Assembly (NCBI RefSeq): GCF_009914755.1
Contig: NC_060928.1
Length of the DNA: 64,000 nucleotides
Strand: one strand, 5' to 3'
Source of the DNA: the human T2T-CHM13v2.0 reference genome, Homo sapiens
This document shows, in pieces, positions 1-14,347 of this stretch. Each line of letters starts with the position of its first letter. Position 1 is the stretch's first letter. Under the pieces are notes generated by a model. That model saw nothing but the letters and a program-made list of their open reading frames with translations. It was not told where the DNA came from and searched no databases. The position numbers were made by a program, and so were the translations under genes.

Positions 1-963
<963 letters not shown>

Positions 964-1200
964 TGCCTTCATCAAAATTTTCTAAGTCTCCCTCTGATGC
1001 CTGAGGGCAGTCAGGGCCAGCAGTGCCATCCAGGTGGGCCACCTCTTTCCTTGAGGTGGCTGCACCTGTATCTTCCAAGGGTATTCTAGCTACTAGGCCA
1101 CATGATTAGGCTAATGGCAATTTTTACAGAATGCCTAACAAATATGATCTTATTTGTCTTCTGCTCTGAATAAAAAGTGAAATATAGATTTTTGTTAGTA

Positions 1201-1241
1201 TTAGATTGGTGCAAAAGTAATCTCCCTTTTGCCATTACTTT
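1201..1241. mobile_element. MADE1 (Hsmar1 mariner MITE) half-element
   Basis: TA followed by ttagattggtgcaaaagtaatctcccttttgccattacttt matches one arm of the MADE1 consensus. Confidence 0.75.
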
Positions 1242-2166
1242 GCGTGGACTATTAGACTTAGACATGGTCTCTGGGCACTCCCACTTTTCCCCTGCCACCA
1301 CTTTGGCCAGGCTGTATTCTTTTCCTTTGGCTCTCAGCTTAGAAGTAACCTCCTCTGTGAAGCCTTCCATACTCCACCCTAGCCCATTAATTCTCCTGCC
1401 ACATGTCATACCGTATGTGCTTGCCTGTGTACCTGCCTGTTGCCTTGAGGGCAGGATCTATGACTTACTCGTTAATAAATGCCCAGCACCCAGCAGATGC
1501 TGAGCACATGGTAGAGAGTTGTTGAATGAATCTGGTCCAACCCTTCATAACACCTGAATATCCTTTCATCATTGCTTTACTTGAAGGAAACAAAGCACAA
1601 GACAGTTAGTTATAGGTTTGGGAATCCTAGATATCAAAAAATGCCTTCATTAAAATGAGCTCCCACCGGCTTTCTTGTGAATTCCACCCATCAGCCCTAT
1701 CTCTGCCTTCCTGAGCTACTCAGAACAAACCTGGGTCCCTACTCCATCAATTACTCCTTGAGTATTTGGGGTCACATCCTCCCTTCCCAGACGGGGCAAA
1801 TTATTTTCTCTTGAAGTCCCTAAGTTAAACATCTGGATACTTATCAACACATGAGAAGTATGTATTTCCCTAATGAATAGTGTTTATAGGAAACCAAATA
1901 GATTTCAGACCCAAAAAGGGTAACACACTTCTCAAGACCAAGAACTGTGCATCTCTTTATATGTACTGCCCAGCACTCAATAGATGTTCAGATTAAACTA
2001 CCTTTCACTCTTCTTTTTCATTTATTGCATAAATGAAAAAATAAGCATGGCTCCACTAGGTCTTCCATAATATCACTCTTCCTTGACCCGCCTCCAGCCC
2101 TGTGGAAATAATTCAATGATCCTTCATGTACTTCTACAGCATATTGTAAACCAATTTGAAAGTATT

Positions 2167-2398
2167 GGCCAGGCATGGTGGCTCACGCCTGTAATCCCAG
2201 TGCTTTGGGAGGTTGAGGTGGGAGCATTGCTTGAAGCCTGGGCAACAAAAAAAATTAAAAAAAACAGCTGGCCATGATCATGCATGGCTGTAATCCCAGG
2301 TACTTGGGAGGCTGAGTTAGGAAGCCCAGGACTTGGAGGCTGTAGTAAGCCATCATCGAACCACTGCACTCCAGCCTGGGTGACAGAGAGACACAGAC
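2167..2398 (+). mobile_element. AluJ-like, internally deleted
   Basis: ggccaggcatggtggctcacgcctgtaatccc start, shortened left arm, right arm ending gacagagagac. Confidence 0.88.
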
Positions 2399-2576
2399 AG
2401 AAAGAAAGAAAAGAAAGAAAGAAAAAAGAAAGAGAGAAAGAGGAAAGAAGGAAGGAAGGAAAGAAGGAAGGAAGGAAGGAAGGAAGGAAGGAAGGAAGGA
2501 AGGAAGGAAGGAAGGAAGGAAGGAAAGGAAAGGAAGGAAGGGAAGGGAAGGAAAGAGAGAAAGAAAAAGAAAGAAA

Positions 2577-2609
<33 letters not shown>

Positions 2610-2632
2610 AAAAGGGAGAGAAAGAAAGAAAA
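2399..2632 (+). repeat. Polypurine (GAAA)n/(GGAA)n microsatellite from Alu tail
   Basis: About 234 nt of only A/G; 15 perfect GGAA units at 2466-2525. Confidence 0.97.
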
Positions 2633-3676
2633 CACAAACTGACCAATGTGTGTTATTGTGAAGTGCTTATGTACATGTATGTTTCCCCACTAGACTGGGA
2701 ACACCTTGAGGAGGGAAAGGTTTTATTTGTTATTGTATCACCAACACCTAGCACAATGCCTGCTACATGATAGGTACTAAATATATGTTCTCAGTGTGTA
2801 CAGTAGAGTATTTGAACTAAAAATATCTTATTTGTGTACACAATTCTTTGTCCTATCCATTTTTAATAAAGAGATAAAGTTCTGCTTTGCTGGGCCATTT
2901 TGCAGCAAGACAAGATGTGCTCTTGTACATATGGTACTGGTTAGATATTTGAGAAACATCAGACAGGAGTCTTCTTGGGCTTTCAGAAGAAAATATATGT
3001 GCTTTATGCTTCCACATAGTCAATGCATAGTGCACAGGGTGTGCCTGAGTTGAGTTGAATCACATCATTGCTTCAGTGAGAGCACTCTGAAGTTCGAAAA
3101 CATGACGCCTAGAGAGTGCAAATCACCCTTGCTCCTTCATGAGAACTTCTGTGGCAAAACAGACATCTAAGCAATACTCCCCCTGGAGCAGGAAAGCTTT
3201 AGAAGTCAACCTTACAATGAAATTTTTTTTCTTTTTAAAATTAATCTCCATCATCTCTTTAATCTTCTTTAAGGATATAATGGATTGTTGGGTTAGAAGT
3301 CAAAACCCATGACAGAATTTACCCAAGAGGTATCTTCATCAGCTGTAATGGAAACGGAAATGTGTATGCTAATAGTAACAGACACATCAGAGCAACATCA
3401 GTTAAAATAGAAGCAGAGCTTCCTGGAATTTTGTTGAGGCACCCCCAAGGCCAGACACTAAATCTACAGAAGCGGAGTCCTGATGAAGATTCCATGGCAA
3501 CCATCACTAGGGCAGATGGGCATAGTAAGAGCGAAGACTAACTGCCCCATTCCCTTTTAGAATTGTCCATTGAAAGAGCGAGCCAAATGTATATCCCTCT
3601 TAGCAAGTGTGAGTTTACATTTTGTTTACATTTTGTCAGCCTGTTTGCTGACACCATTTTACGTCTCTACTGTATC

Positions 3677-3979
3677 TTTTTTTTTTTTTTTTTTGAGACG
3701 GAGTTTGGCTCTTTTTGCCCAGGCAGAAAGTGCAATGGTGCAATCTCGACTCACTGCAATCTCCGCCTCCCAAGTTGAAGCGATTCTCCTGCCTCAGCCT
3801 CCTGAGTAACTGGGATTACAGGCACGTACCACCACACCCAGCTAATTTTTTGTATTTTTAGTACAGACAGTGTTTCACCATGTTGGCCAGGCTGGTCTTG
3901 AACCCCTGACCTCAGGTGATCTGCCCACCTCGGCCTCCCAAAGTGCTGGGATTACAGGTGCGAGCCACCACACCCGGCC
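3677..3979 (-). mobile_element. AluS (Sq/Sp-like)
   Basis: PolyT followed by a full Alu consensus; tgtatcttt flanks both ends. Confidence 0.93.
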
Positions 3980-5398
3980 TATTGTATCTTTATAAGCCCT
4001 CATAAATTAGTTTGGGAACAAAATGAGGAATAATGGAAAAGGAGAGCATAGGGCTGTTGACTCGTGGGCTTCTCTGGCATGATATCGAGCTAGAGATCAC
4101 TAATTTTTTGCATGATAGGGCTCGATACCACTAATTCTTTTCTCCTGGACTGATAGGTTTTGCCAGAGAGAAATACTCAAATTTCTGCCTGGGATAGAGA
4201 TGGCTGTAAAGCCTCTTTTCTGTTTTCATGTTTTTTCAGAACCTAGTGGAGAAAGGAATTAGGAAAGAGGGCATTAACTATTTAGTTGGTGTCCTCCTGT
4301 GATTTTGCCTTTGGTTGTTCCTTTACTATACACTGATGGTGGGAGTGGGGTGGTGGACTGAGGGAAGTGTGTGATTTCAACCTGCCAGAATTAACTGCAA
4401 ATCTTCCCAATGATGTCAGAGAGGGGTGGGTGCCTATAAGTGATTGCATGAGTGAGAATATCTAGTGGCCATATGACATGGAGAAACACTCAACTGAACT
4501 TTCTCTATTGGAAGCAAGGCTGTTCTTCAGTTTCTTGGACCGTATTAACCTAGTGTTTTTCTAGAGCACTTAAAGAAGTCATCACTGAAAGGTCCAGAAA
4601 AGGGCCACACTCTATGTCTGCCATTGAGGCTCTAATCCACCTTCACTCGGTAGGGACTCCACATCTTTGAAACCACTGTTAGAGAGGTGTGGGTACATGC
4701 CAGGACAGTACGAGTTCACTTGCTCAAAAGGGCTCCTCCAGATTTCATTACATGCCAGGGTCCTGCTGGTAGGTGCCTTGTCTCCTTCTCTGTGACTGTC
4801 ATCTCTACAGTCCTCCCAGAGTCCCTCCCAGTGACAGACCTCCAGGTTCAAACCCAAAAAGATTGGAGAAGGTGGAGGATTTGGGGAGGCTGCCTATTTT
4901 ATGTGAGGCCCTCTCTTTTCTACATACCAAGGATAAAACAGGGAAGAAAATAGGAAAACTCCGTGTTTTCATGGAGCTTACACTCTCATGGGAATGAAAT
5001 TTAAAGGCAGCAAGACCAATTTTAGGAAAAACTTACCCACTCATTCTAACTGTAAGCAAAAGATGACAAGTGGTGCATTTAGGCTTCTAAATCTTAGGAA
5101 ACACAAGGTCTTTATAAACTCAAAAAGAGTGAAGACAATGGCCACCCAGGAGCAGAGTGGCAGGTTGGTGAGTGGACAATGAGTCAGCAAGGATCCCTGA
5201 CCCCCAGTGAGGTCTGGACTAGACGTCCCTGGCCCATCCATGGAGGAGCTGGTGATCTCACATTCTCATTTCTAATGTCATTTTCTCTGTTGGACATAGA
5301 AACACATGGATGTGCTGAGCACAGTGCCCAGGGACAAATGCTGATATTACAGCTGCTGGAGTCAACACCTCTTCTTTCTACCCTTTCTTGTTCAAGGC

Positions 5399-5852
5399 TG
5401 TGAAGATAAATGTAATGTAACAGCCATTGGAACCCCCAAAACGCTTTAAGTCTTGAGAAAGATGTGACTGTGATCTGAGTCAAATATGGTTACAACATCT
5501 GTTCTCAGATTATAGATTAACTGACCAGATGATAGAAAACTCATGACTATTACATCCTCTGTTTAAAACAAAGTGAAATAGTTAAATGTACCCTTTCTAA
5601 AGAGAAAAACTGCCTATAAGCAATTAAATTGCTGTAACTATGCACCAACCTTGTCTGAATAATGTTGTAATCCTGCTAAAAACCCCTCTGTCTCTGCCAG
5701 TATAAATACATGAAACCTTAACTTTCCTATTTGTGAACACTTACTCCATTCCTTTGGAGTTGGTGTTTCTGGGTGGTCCATCCTCACACTTTGCACTTGA
5801 ATAAACTCTCTTTAAATTTGATGCTGACCATTTTGATTATTTTAAGTTGACA
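5399..5852 (+). mobile_element. ERV1 (MER4-group) solo LTR
   Basis: TG…CA ends (tgtgaag…gttgaca), 4-bp TSD aggc at 5395-5398 and 5853-5856, TATAAA at 5701, AATAAA at ~5800. Subfamily unresolved. Confidence 0.8.
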
Positions 5853-6239
5853 AGGCTGACAGCATATCCATATTTCCAGAAACATCTTTCTTATCTGAAA
5901 CTTTATTTCCCCAGGGCACTTGGATTCACACTCTAGATAAAATTTCTCAAGCAACTCTGAGTAAAACTGTTGGGAAAATTGAGGTCTCCCTTTAATATTT
6001 AGGGGATGAAAGACTTCTGTTGTCTTAATGTAGAGCACAGGTTTAGGCAGGAATGGCAATGGGCATTTGTTGATTTAGTGTCATCCAGCATCCATAACAG
6101 GTCCTGTTTTCATTTTCTTTTGGAAATCCACGCTCACCTATTCTTAGGTCATGTGGTTCAGATGCACACCAGCTCTCCCGCTGCTCCCAAGATATCACCC
6201 CATGAAGCACAGGGATGAAGAAGCATGTGACTTCAGCCA

Positions 6240-6665
6240 AGTGGCTCATTCAAACTCCTCACCACAGTGATTAGTCTGAGGCAGCAACATGGGTTCTAAG
6301 CAGAGCTGGCGAAATGCAAGGAGACCTTTTGTGGAAATGCCAGAAGAGAAGCAGGTGCTCCTTGATGAACCTGAACCTCAGACATTGGAAGACCTAGGAC
6401 TACAGCCATATTTTAACCAGCTGGGCACTTGAGCTAAAATTGAGGAAAGACAGACAGAGAGAGAGAAAAGGAAACATAAATGATATCAAAGAAAAGTGGG
6501 AAGACAGATTGGATCCTGGTGCCATTATTTGAGCCCTGAGTCAAACTGTACTTGAAACTGGATATAGAGCTCAAGTTTTCATCCAGATGAGTCAATAATC
6601 TCCCATTTTTACTTAAACGAGCTTGCATTACATTTACTGTTGTAAAGAAGAAGCCTAGTTGATAA
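6240..6665 (+). mobile_element. Old MaLR LTR (MLT1J/K/L-like)
   Basis: Diverged MLT1 3' motifs (gagccctgagtcaaactgtacttgaa…gagtcaataatctcccatttttacttaa). Boundaries approximate. Confidence 0.5.
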
Positions 6666-7816
6666 GCTAGTGTGGCTATCCTCACAGAATAAGTGGGGAA
6701 GGGATGCCTCACTGATGTGACTTGAAGGGAAACAGGCCCAGGACCAGCAGACTTGATTAAAGAGATGTGCAAACAACAGATCTTCTTGGTCCTCCTCCCA
6801 GAACTTAGGACAGCTGAGAGCTTGGGAAGAGGATGTCACTGTTTGTCTCAGGTAATACAGTGTCTATGTGTTTATAAATCTAGGGAGGACAAGTGATTTG
6901 AGTGATTGCAATTAGGAAATAACGAACTGCCTAATAAAGTAGATTTCCTAGATCTCTCAGACCCCAGAAAGGAATGTGATTCTCATGAAGTTCTACCATC
7001 TGGATTCGCCAAAAAAATTCTGCAGCAAGAAAAAGAACCCAGTTCCTGCATGCTAAACCCAGAAACTCTTCTTAATCGGAAATATAAAGTAAGCCACCAT
7101 AATGCTGCAGAGATTCAGTGGGCTCCTGCCATATTTCCGCTCTTTAAATTTCACACTATGACAAACCCCTTCCGGTTGTTTAGAGGTTGCTGCGGTGATT
7201 TTGATAGCTGAGATTCCTGACCCGCAGTTTTTCCTGCCTCCCAAAACCAAGGTGCCCTTTTTTTCATGGGGCAGGTTTCATTTTGTGGTTTTCTTCAATT
7301 CCAAGTTTGAGCCTGGTGTCTAAAATAGATATACTGCCCTTTGCTGCTGATCACAGTGACCTTCTAAAGGGTTTAGCCGAGAGAGTAATCCCTGTTCATA
7401 TGAAGTACCCCCGCTGCGAAAGCTTAACTTAAACCACATTCCACAAATCACACACACCCCCCAGGAAAAACCTCCATCATAAAGAGATGATTGCACTTTT
7501 TGTTTTTCAAATAGAGCTCAAGCCCCTGTAAATTGTATCAGGGATTCTCCATAGGATAATGAGATTTGGGAATAGGATTAATACCAGAGCATGTATCCCC
7601 AAAGTTTCAAAGAATTATTATTTTCTAAATCCTGTTTTTCATTGTGTTAGAAAGTGAAGTTAAAGGGACAGCAAATTATTTGTTGGCTTGTTTTTTAGTT
7701 AAAACAGTATGGAGCAAGAATTTCATCTTTGGTCAGCTTATTTTAAAAAAGGATTCTCTACCCAACTAATGTACTCTTGAATTCTAGAATGTGATTGCTA
7801 TTTGGTCTGGGCAAAA

Positions 7817-7849
7817 AAGTAAAATAAAATAAAATAAAATAAAATAAAA
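7817..7849 (+). repeat. (AAAAT)n
   Basis: Direct reading. Confidence 0.9.
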
Positions 7850-7859
7850 CCAGGTATAT

Positions 7860-8240
7860 ACTGTCATCTGCTCGATTAGGTATGCTCACAAATAACCCCA
7901 CTCTCAGTGGCATCACAGAAGACAATTGTATTTCTTACTCATGTAAAGCTCAACTGGCTGTTGGGGAGGCAGCCTAGGGAGCTGCCTTCTAGCTGAGTCT
8001 TGGGGTTACTACATAGAACTTCTGCATCTGGCCCGCAGAAGATGGAAGAAGGTAGAGCAAGGAGGAGCATGTGGGAGGATTTAGGGGCAGGCTGGAAAGA
8101 AGTAAGCATCACTTACACTCCTCTGACCAGAGCTCAGTGAGGAATCCCTATTAACTCCAAGGGAGGCTGGGAAATGCAATCTTGCTCTGTTCCCAGGAGG
8201 ACAAGGACATGGGTTTCGTGAGCCTCCCACTGTTCTCTGT
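7860..8240 (-). mobile_element. Old MaLR LTR (MLT1I/J-like)
   Basis: Motifs aaataacccca…tatttcttactcatg…ggaggctgggaaatg. Approximate. Confidence 0.45.
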
Positions 8241-8369
8241 CACCTCTGCTATGCCCATCACTCTAAGTCAGCATGCTGGCTTCTCTTTCTTCTGGGTCTT
8301 CTCTGTAATCCTCATCAAAATTAGAATATTTGCATAATACTTTGTAATTTTTAAAGCTTTTGCATGACC

Positions 8370-8910
8370 ATTATTTCAATTAATCCTCACAACCACTCTG
8401 AGAGATAGCAATCATTAATCCCCACTTTAAAGATGAGCACACTGAAGCAGGAGTAAATGAACAGCAGAGCTCAGTCTTGAACCCAAGTCTTACTGCTCTA
8501 CTCTTCCAGGGAGGCAGTGTAGTGAGGTGGCCAAGGGAACTGGCTCTGGTTGCAGACTGCCTGGGATGAAATCCCAGCCCTGCCACTGGTTGACCACAAA
8601 ACTAGGGCATGTTGTTAAGAAGACACATCCCTGGGGACCCAGCCTGAGGTGGCCTTTGAACTGGGGACTCACATGCACTTTAACTATTTCATTTTAACAC
8701 CACGAAAAATCTCTAAGTATACCAACTCCGCACCAGGTTTCTGTGGACTGTATAATTTACAAAGACATTTTCTCATTTGATCCTTGCCCCACATTCACCC
8801 CATGAGGGAGGCATGGAAGATATTATTCCCCATCTCTAAGGTTAAAGAAACTGAGTTCTCAATTAAATGATCTTTCCAAGGTTATATGGCTATTAAATAG
8901 TAGGGTCCAC
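8370..8910. mobile_element. Cluster of MIR fragments in both orientations
   Basis: MIR core motifs taatcctcacaac…cccactttaaagatgag and gaaactgag…ccaaggtta. Confidence 0.6.
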
Positions 8911-8949
8911 ACTAGAACGTGCTAGCGTATGAAGTGTTACTGCCTTTCT

Positions 8950-9360
8950 TAGTATGGAGTCTCCCAGAAGCATGCCGGAGACAAGGACTGGAGGGCAAGT
9001 AGTTAATTTTAGAGGCAATCCCAGGAAGTGAAGAAATGAGAGAAGAAAGGGAAGGAAGGCAGTGAAGCGTGCATTATTGAGCAGGTGACTCCTGTGGGCA
9101 ACTGAGGCTTATCCTGCAGGGGAACTCTGGGAGATGGTGTAAGACATGCCCCTTGAGGGTATTTATCCTCTAGCCCCATCTCTGCTGTCATTGGCTGAGA
9201 CCTCTTCCCAGGAGTATTCCCTCCCTGGCCCATTCATGTTCCCTCTAGCCAGGCTGAGAGCAACCCTTTGTGTGAAAAATCCCCAGGACTTGCAGTAGGT
9301 GACTCTGACATGTTCCTGAATGGTGAGGGTGACAGGGATGTAACTGGGCACCAATGCCTC
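8950..9360 (-). mobile_element. ERVL LTR33-like LTR
   Basis: Reverse complement cttcctgggattgcctctaaaattaactacttgccctccagtccttgtctc resembles the LTR33 3' end. Confidence 0.55.
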
Positions 9361-10764
9361 TGCCAGCTTCCTATGTCTGAACAGAGGCCCCCACCACGCC
9401 CCTTCCTTTACCTGTACCCTATTCCTACTGCTTCCTCTACAGTGAGGGTCTTAGTAGAGATTGTGACTTTCCCAAGGGCTGCAAAGTGTCCTGAGTGGGA
9501 AGGAATTCTAAATTCTACATATCTAATAATGGTGTATAGATTAAATATTGAATCCAGGCCATTTCCTCAGGTAAATCAGCTTAACCTATTGGAGACTATT
9601 TCCCCACCTGTAAAATAGGGATAATACAGATTGTAATGGATTGGTAGGAGGATTTTTTTAAAAACTGAAGTGTAAGCCCCATGACAGCAGGGACCATGCA
9701 GGTCTCAATCATAATCATCAATGTATTCTCAGCACTTAACACAGTGCTTGAGACATATAAATGAGTGAATGGGTGAGCAAAAGAGGGGAAGGAAGGGAGG
9801 GAGGGAGAGAGGACAGGCTGAGAAACTAATGAAACTATGAAACTGCCTAGCATAGTACCTAGCCCACTGAAGGCTCTCACAAAGTGTTGATTCTTATCCC
9901 GCCTTCTGGTTTCTTGGCCTGCTGATATACAATATTATAATAGCTGAATCAGGGAGAAAATGGAAACTTTAAGCACCACTAAATATTGTTTTATTTCTCA
10001 TGGAAACCATGAGGTACAGAGCTAGAAAAGCATTTCCCCAAAAAATGGGCTCCATGTCTCTACCCCCTGCAGCCTCTCAAGCATCACATGTCCCTGCCCT
10101 CTCTCCTTGCCCAGCCTCCATCCTGCTGTTCCTTCTCTGACTGGTAGTTTACCTGCCCAGGACTGTCAGGTGCAAAGTTCAGGGGAAGCCAAAAGCTCTA
10201 CTTTTCTTGCTGCTTTTGCACCTTTCTCCTTAGCATCCTGTCTGCCATGCACCACCTCTACCTGTCTCCTTCTCTCCCAACCTCCACCATACCCCAGCTG
10301 TGTGCCAGAGGAGAACACAGACTCTTCTACCCATCTTGGGTTTCAGTGAATGTTACCGTGAATGCCTAAAACCTAAATATCATGAACCTTAAAGCCGGAA
10401 ATCTCCACCCTTTTTTTTTTTTTTTTTTTTTTTCACAAAACAGGTTCCGCATATTGATAGCCACAAAGCAATGCTGAGACACCACAGGGCAAATTCACTC
10501 ATTCCACCATTATTAAGCAACTGTTATGTACCAGGCACTATGCTTGGCTCTGGGGATACAGTGGTGAATAAGTGGTGAAGAAAGGAGCCTCTCTCTCCTC
10601 TTCTGGAACTTGAAGTCTAGTAGGCGTGGGAGAGAATAAATAACTAATCACCAAATAAATATATAATTACAAAGTCATATGCAATGTGAAGGAAATGTAC
10701 AAAATCTTATGGGAGCCTGTAATGGGGACATGCCACTTCATCTGTGAAGTTTCATTAGGTGTCC

Positions 10765-11123
10765 TCGTAGTCTGTTTAGGGCCATAATAAATACCATAAA
10801 CCAAATGGCCTATAAAAAACAGAAATCTATTTCTTACAGTTCCAGAGACTGGGAAGTCCAAGATCAAGACACCAGCAGATTCATATATGGGGAGGGCCTG
10901 CTTTCTGGTTCACAGATGACACTTTCTCACTAAGTCCTTACATGGCAGAAGAGGCAAGCTAGCTCCCTCGGGCCTTGTTTATACCAGCACTAACCCCATT
11001 CATGAGGGTTCCACTCTCATGACTCAATAGCCTCCCAAGGACCCCACTTCCTAATAACATTACATTGGCAATTTGGAATCAACATATGAATTTTCAGGGA
11101 ACACAAACATTCAGACCATAGCA
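10765..11123 (-). mobile_element. MaLR LTR (MLT1A/MSTD-like) within L2 remnants
   Basis: aacagaaatctatttcttacagttccagagactgggaagtccaagatcaag…acattcagaccatagca. Confidence 0.8.
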
Positions 11124-11774
11124 CTAAGAAAGTGGCATTTGGTGTGTAGATGCTAGGGGAGAAGATGTGAGATGTAAAAGGGAACTGCCTGGTAAAAACC
11201 CTTGAGAGAAAAAGGAACCACACAGATGCAAAGACCCTAAAGCCCAGTGTGGCTAACACACGGTAAATAGTCTAGGAGGGGTGGGACTCTGGATGAAGCC
11301 TGAAAATTTCAATGATTTTCCTAAGTCACATGGCCAGTTCACTGGGACTAGACTAGATCTCAAGGTAGATTACACAGAGCATTGTAGTTTAAGTCATTCA
11401 TTGCAGTGTTTATTGAGCATCTACTGTGTGCCACGCATTGTTTACTGCTATAGAGGAAAGAAGAAAACAAGGCCTTATCTCTCAAGGAGTTTGGTTTTTG
11501 TCCAAGGAGCCCTAGGGGCCGCACTGAAAGAGAAAACACAATCAGACTTGTATTGTCACAAGACTGTGCTGTACTGCAGTGCAGTGAATGGGATGGGGGG
11601 ACCATTTCAGAGACTGCTGCAGTTGTCAGAGAGAGAACAAATGGTGGCTTGGATCCAAGAGAGACAGAGAGGACAAAAAGAAGTAGATGAACTCAAGAGA
11701 TATTTAGAAGGTAATGTTTATAAAACTTGGTGATTAATCGGATGTCAGATTGAGAATGATGAAGACATTACAGG

Positions 11775-12139
11775 TGCTAGGATTTGAATGTGTCACCTCC
11801 ACAATCCAAGCGTTGCCAATGTGACAGTATTAAGAGGAGGGGACTTTAAGAGCTGATTAGGCGACAAAGGTTCCTCCCTCACGAATGGGATTAAGACTCT
11901 TATAAATCTGCGTGCTCTCCCTTCCAATGTGTGAGGAAATCGTGTTCCTCCCCACTGGAGAATGCAGCAACAAGGTACCATCTTGAAAGCAGAGCGCAGC
12001 CTTCACCAGACACCAAACCTGCTGGCACCTTGATCTTGGAACTCCCAGCCTCCAGAACTGTGAGAAAATTAATTCCTGTTCTTTATAAATTACCCAGCCT
12101 GTGGGATTTTGTTACATCAGCAGGAAAAGACTAAGATAG
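11775..12139 (+). mobile_element. MaLR LTR (MLT1A-like)
   Basis: tgctaggatttgaatgtg…ccagcctccagaactgtgag…gactaagata. Confidence 0.8.
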
Positions 12140-12437
12140 CAAGTAACTCCCTGATTTCTGAAGAATGTGGAATGCCTTCTGAGTCATCTAAGAATGATTA
12201 GTTTATATGCAATGCAGTTTAAATATTTGGATTCCTTAAAAGCATAGACATTGGTGTATGACATGGTAGCTAACTAGAACTTGCCCTTTTCCCAAATGCA
12301 TTTAGTTTAGGGTAAACAAAAGATGTATCGGGGAGGTGGGTGTTTGTTCTGGTAGAAGTAGAATGTCTAGATTTGCCTCTAATTTCTTTAATTTTGATTT
12401 TTCTTAAATGTTCAGAGTATCCTCTATATCATGAGGG

Positions 12438-12911
12438 TTATATTGGCTTCCCAGGGCTGCCATGACAAATTAGCACAAACCTGGCAGCTTGAAACAACAG
12501 AAATGTATTCTCTCCCAGCTCTGGAAGCCAGAAGTCCAAAATCAAGGTGTTGGCAGGGTTGGCTCCTTCTGCGGGCTCTGTGGGAGAAGCTGCTCCATGC
12601 CACTCTCCTGGCTTCTGGTGGTTGCCAGCCCCTCTTGTCATTCCTTGGCTTGTAGACATAACACTCCAATCTCTTCCTGGTTTCACTGGCTTTCCCTCTG
12701 TGTCTCTGTGTCTGTTTCTCCTTTTCTGTCTCTTAGAAAGAAACCAGTTGTTGGATTTAGGATTCAGCCTAAATACAGAATGATCTCATCTTGAGATCTT
12801 AAACTTAGTTGTACCTGCTAAGACCCTATTTCTAAGTAAGTGCACCTTCCCACGTATCAGGGGTTAGGACTTGGATATATTGTTTTGGGGGATTCAATTC
12901 AACCCACTACA
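12438..12911 (-). mobile_element. MaLR LTR (MLT1C/D-like)
   Basis: agggctgccatgacaaa…aacaacagaaatgtattctctcccagctctggaagccagaagtcc…attcaacccactaca. Confidence 0.8.
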
Positions 12912-13861
12912 AGGGTATAACCACCTATATATTAGAAAATATAATTGCAGACTTAGGGAGAGAGATTTCTGGGTTTTAAAGATGTGCATAGAAATATATT
13001 TGTTTCCTCTTTGTTGCCAAATGTTAATTACTATATTCTTTTTTTTTTTTCTTCTTGATGCCCTAGAGCAGAGCTGTGGTTTCAGTAGTTACATTCCAAA
13101 GTTTATGTATAAACAGAGGAAACAAAAGATTTGTTCCATTGTGCACGGCCTTGGAGATATTTACAAATTCTTTCAAGCTGGGACTAATTGTTTAGTTTAA
13201 ACACTGATAATTTATTTGCCGAAGAGTCAGAAAATAGCCAGAGATTAAAGAACGGCTGCGGATGAATTAATTTTACCCTCATCACACGAATAAGAGCTGG
13301 AAATGTACCAGGAGTAAAAGTGAATAAATGAATTGAAAATCCTGGGCATGTACATTAAACTTAAATTGATCATTTTCAATCTATTCACCATTGCAAAGAA
13401 TAGTAATGGAAGCTTAAAATATTAAGCATTTACTCTGTGCTTGCCAACCACTTTTCAAAGCACTTTATATTTGTTATCTCATTTGGTCCTCACAACAACC
13501 CTATGCCAATTATCACCTCCATATTACAGAAGCGAATACTGAGGCACCAAGAAGTTAAATAACTTGTCCAAGGTCACAAAGCCACTAAGAAATGGACAGG
13601 CCAGGATATAAACTCAAGCAGACCATCAGAGCACCTACTTTTAATCAGTAAGCTATTTTAAAAGCCATCTTTGTTCAAAAACTAGATATAACATATATAA
13701 AATAGTAGAGTTTTTTCTGCTAAAGGCAAAAATATGGGTAAAATTCTGCCAGTCACTACCAAGTGCCTACACTTCTATTCAGCCTTGATCTTCCTGCCTT
13801 CCTAAAATGATTTGATTGTTTACAATATGTCTTTCTCCAAAAAACAAGAGGAGAAAATATA

Positions 13862-14204
13862 AGAGAGTAGAATGATGGTTACCTGAGGCTGGGAAGAGTT
13901 GGCAGGGAACAGGGAGGCATGGTTAATGGGTATTAAAAAATAGAAAGAATAAGATCTAGTATTTGATAGCACAACAGGGTGACTATAGTCAATCATAATT
14001 TAATTGTACATTTAAAAACAATTTAAAAAGTATAATTGGATTGTTTGTAACACAAAGGATAAATGCTTGAGGTGATGAATGCCTCATTTACCCTGATGTA
14101 ATTATTATGCATCATATGCCTATATCAAAATATTTCATAACCCATAAATATATACACCTACTTACTATGTGCCCACAAACTTTCTTTATTAAAAAAAGAA
14201 AAAA
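13862..14204 (+). mobile_element. L1MA 3' end
   Basis: gagagtagaatgatggttacc…gatagcacaacagggtgactatagtcaa…A-rich tail. Confidence 0.8.
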
Positions 14205-14347
14205 TATATGTTTCTCAGGGTAGGCAGTCTCTACTTGCATATCTAGCCAATGTATAAAAGACTCCGGGCATTGGGACAAGGTCACGTAAAGGATACTCTC
14301 CAAGATTAACAGTAAGAATATTCAAACTGTGGATTTTGTAAAAGAAA

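Noticed and set aside
2255-2661. Lys/Glu/Arg-rich and Phe/Leu/Ser-rich ORFs
   Set aside because: Translations of the GAAA/GGAA microsatellite, which lacks stop codons.
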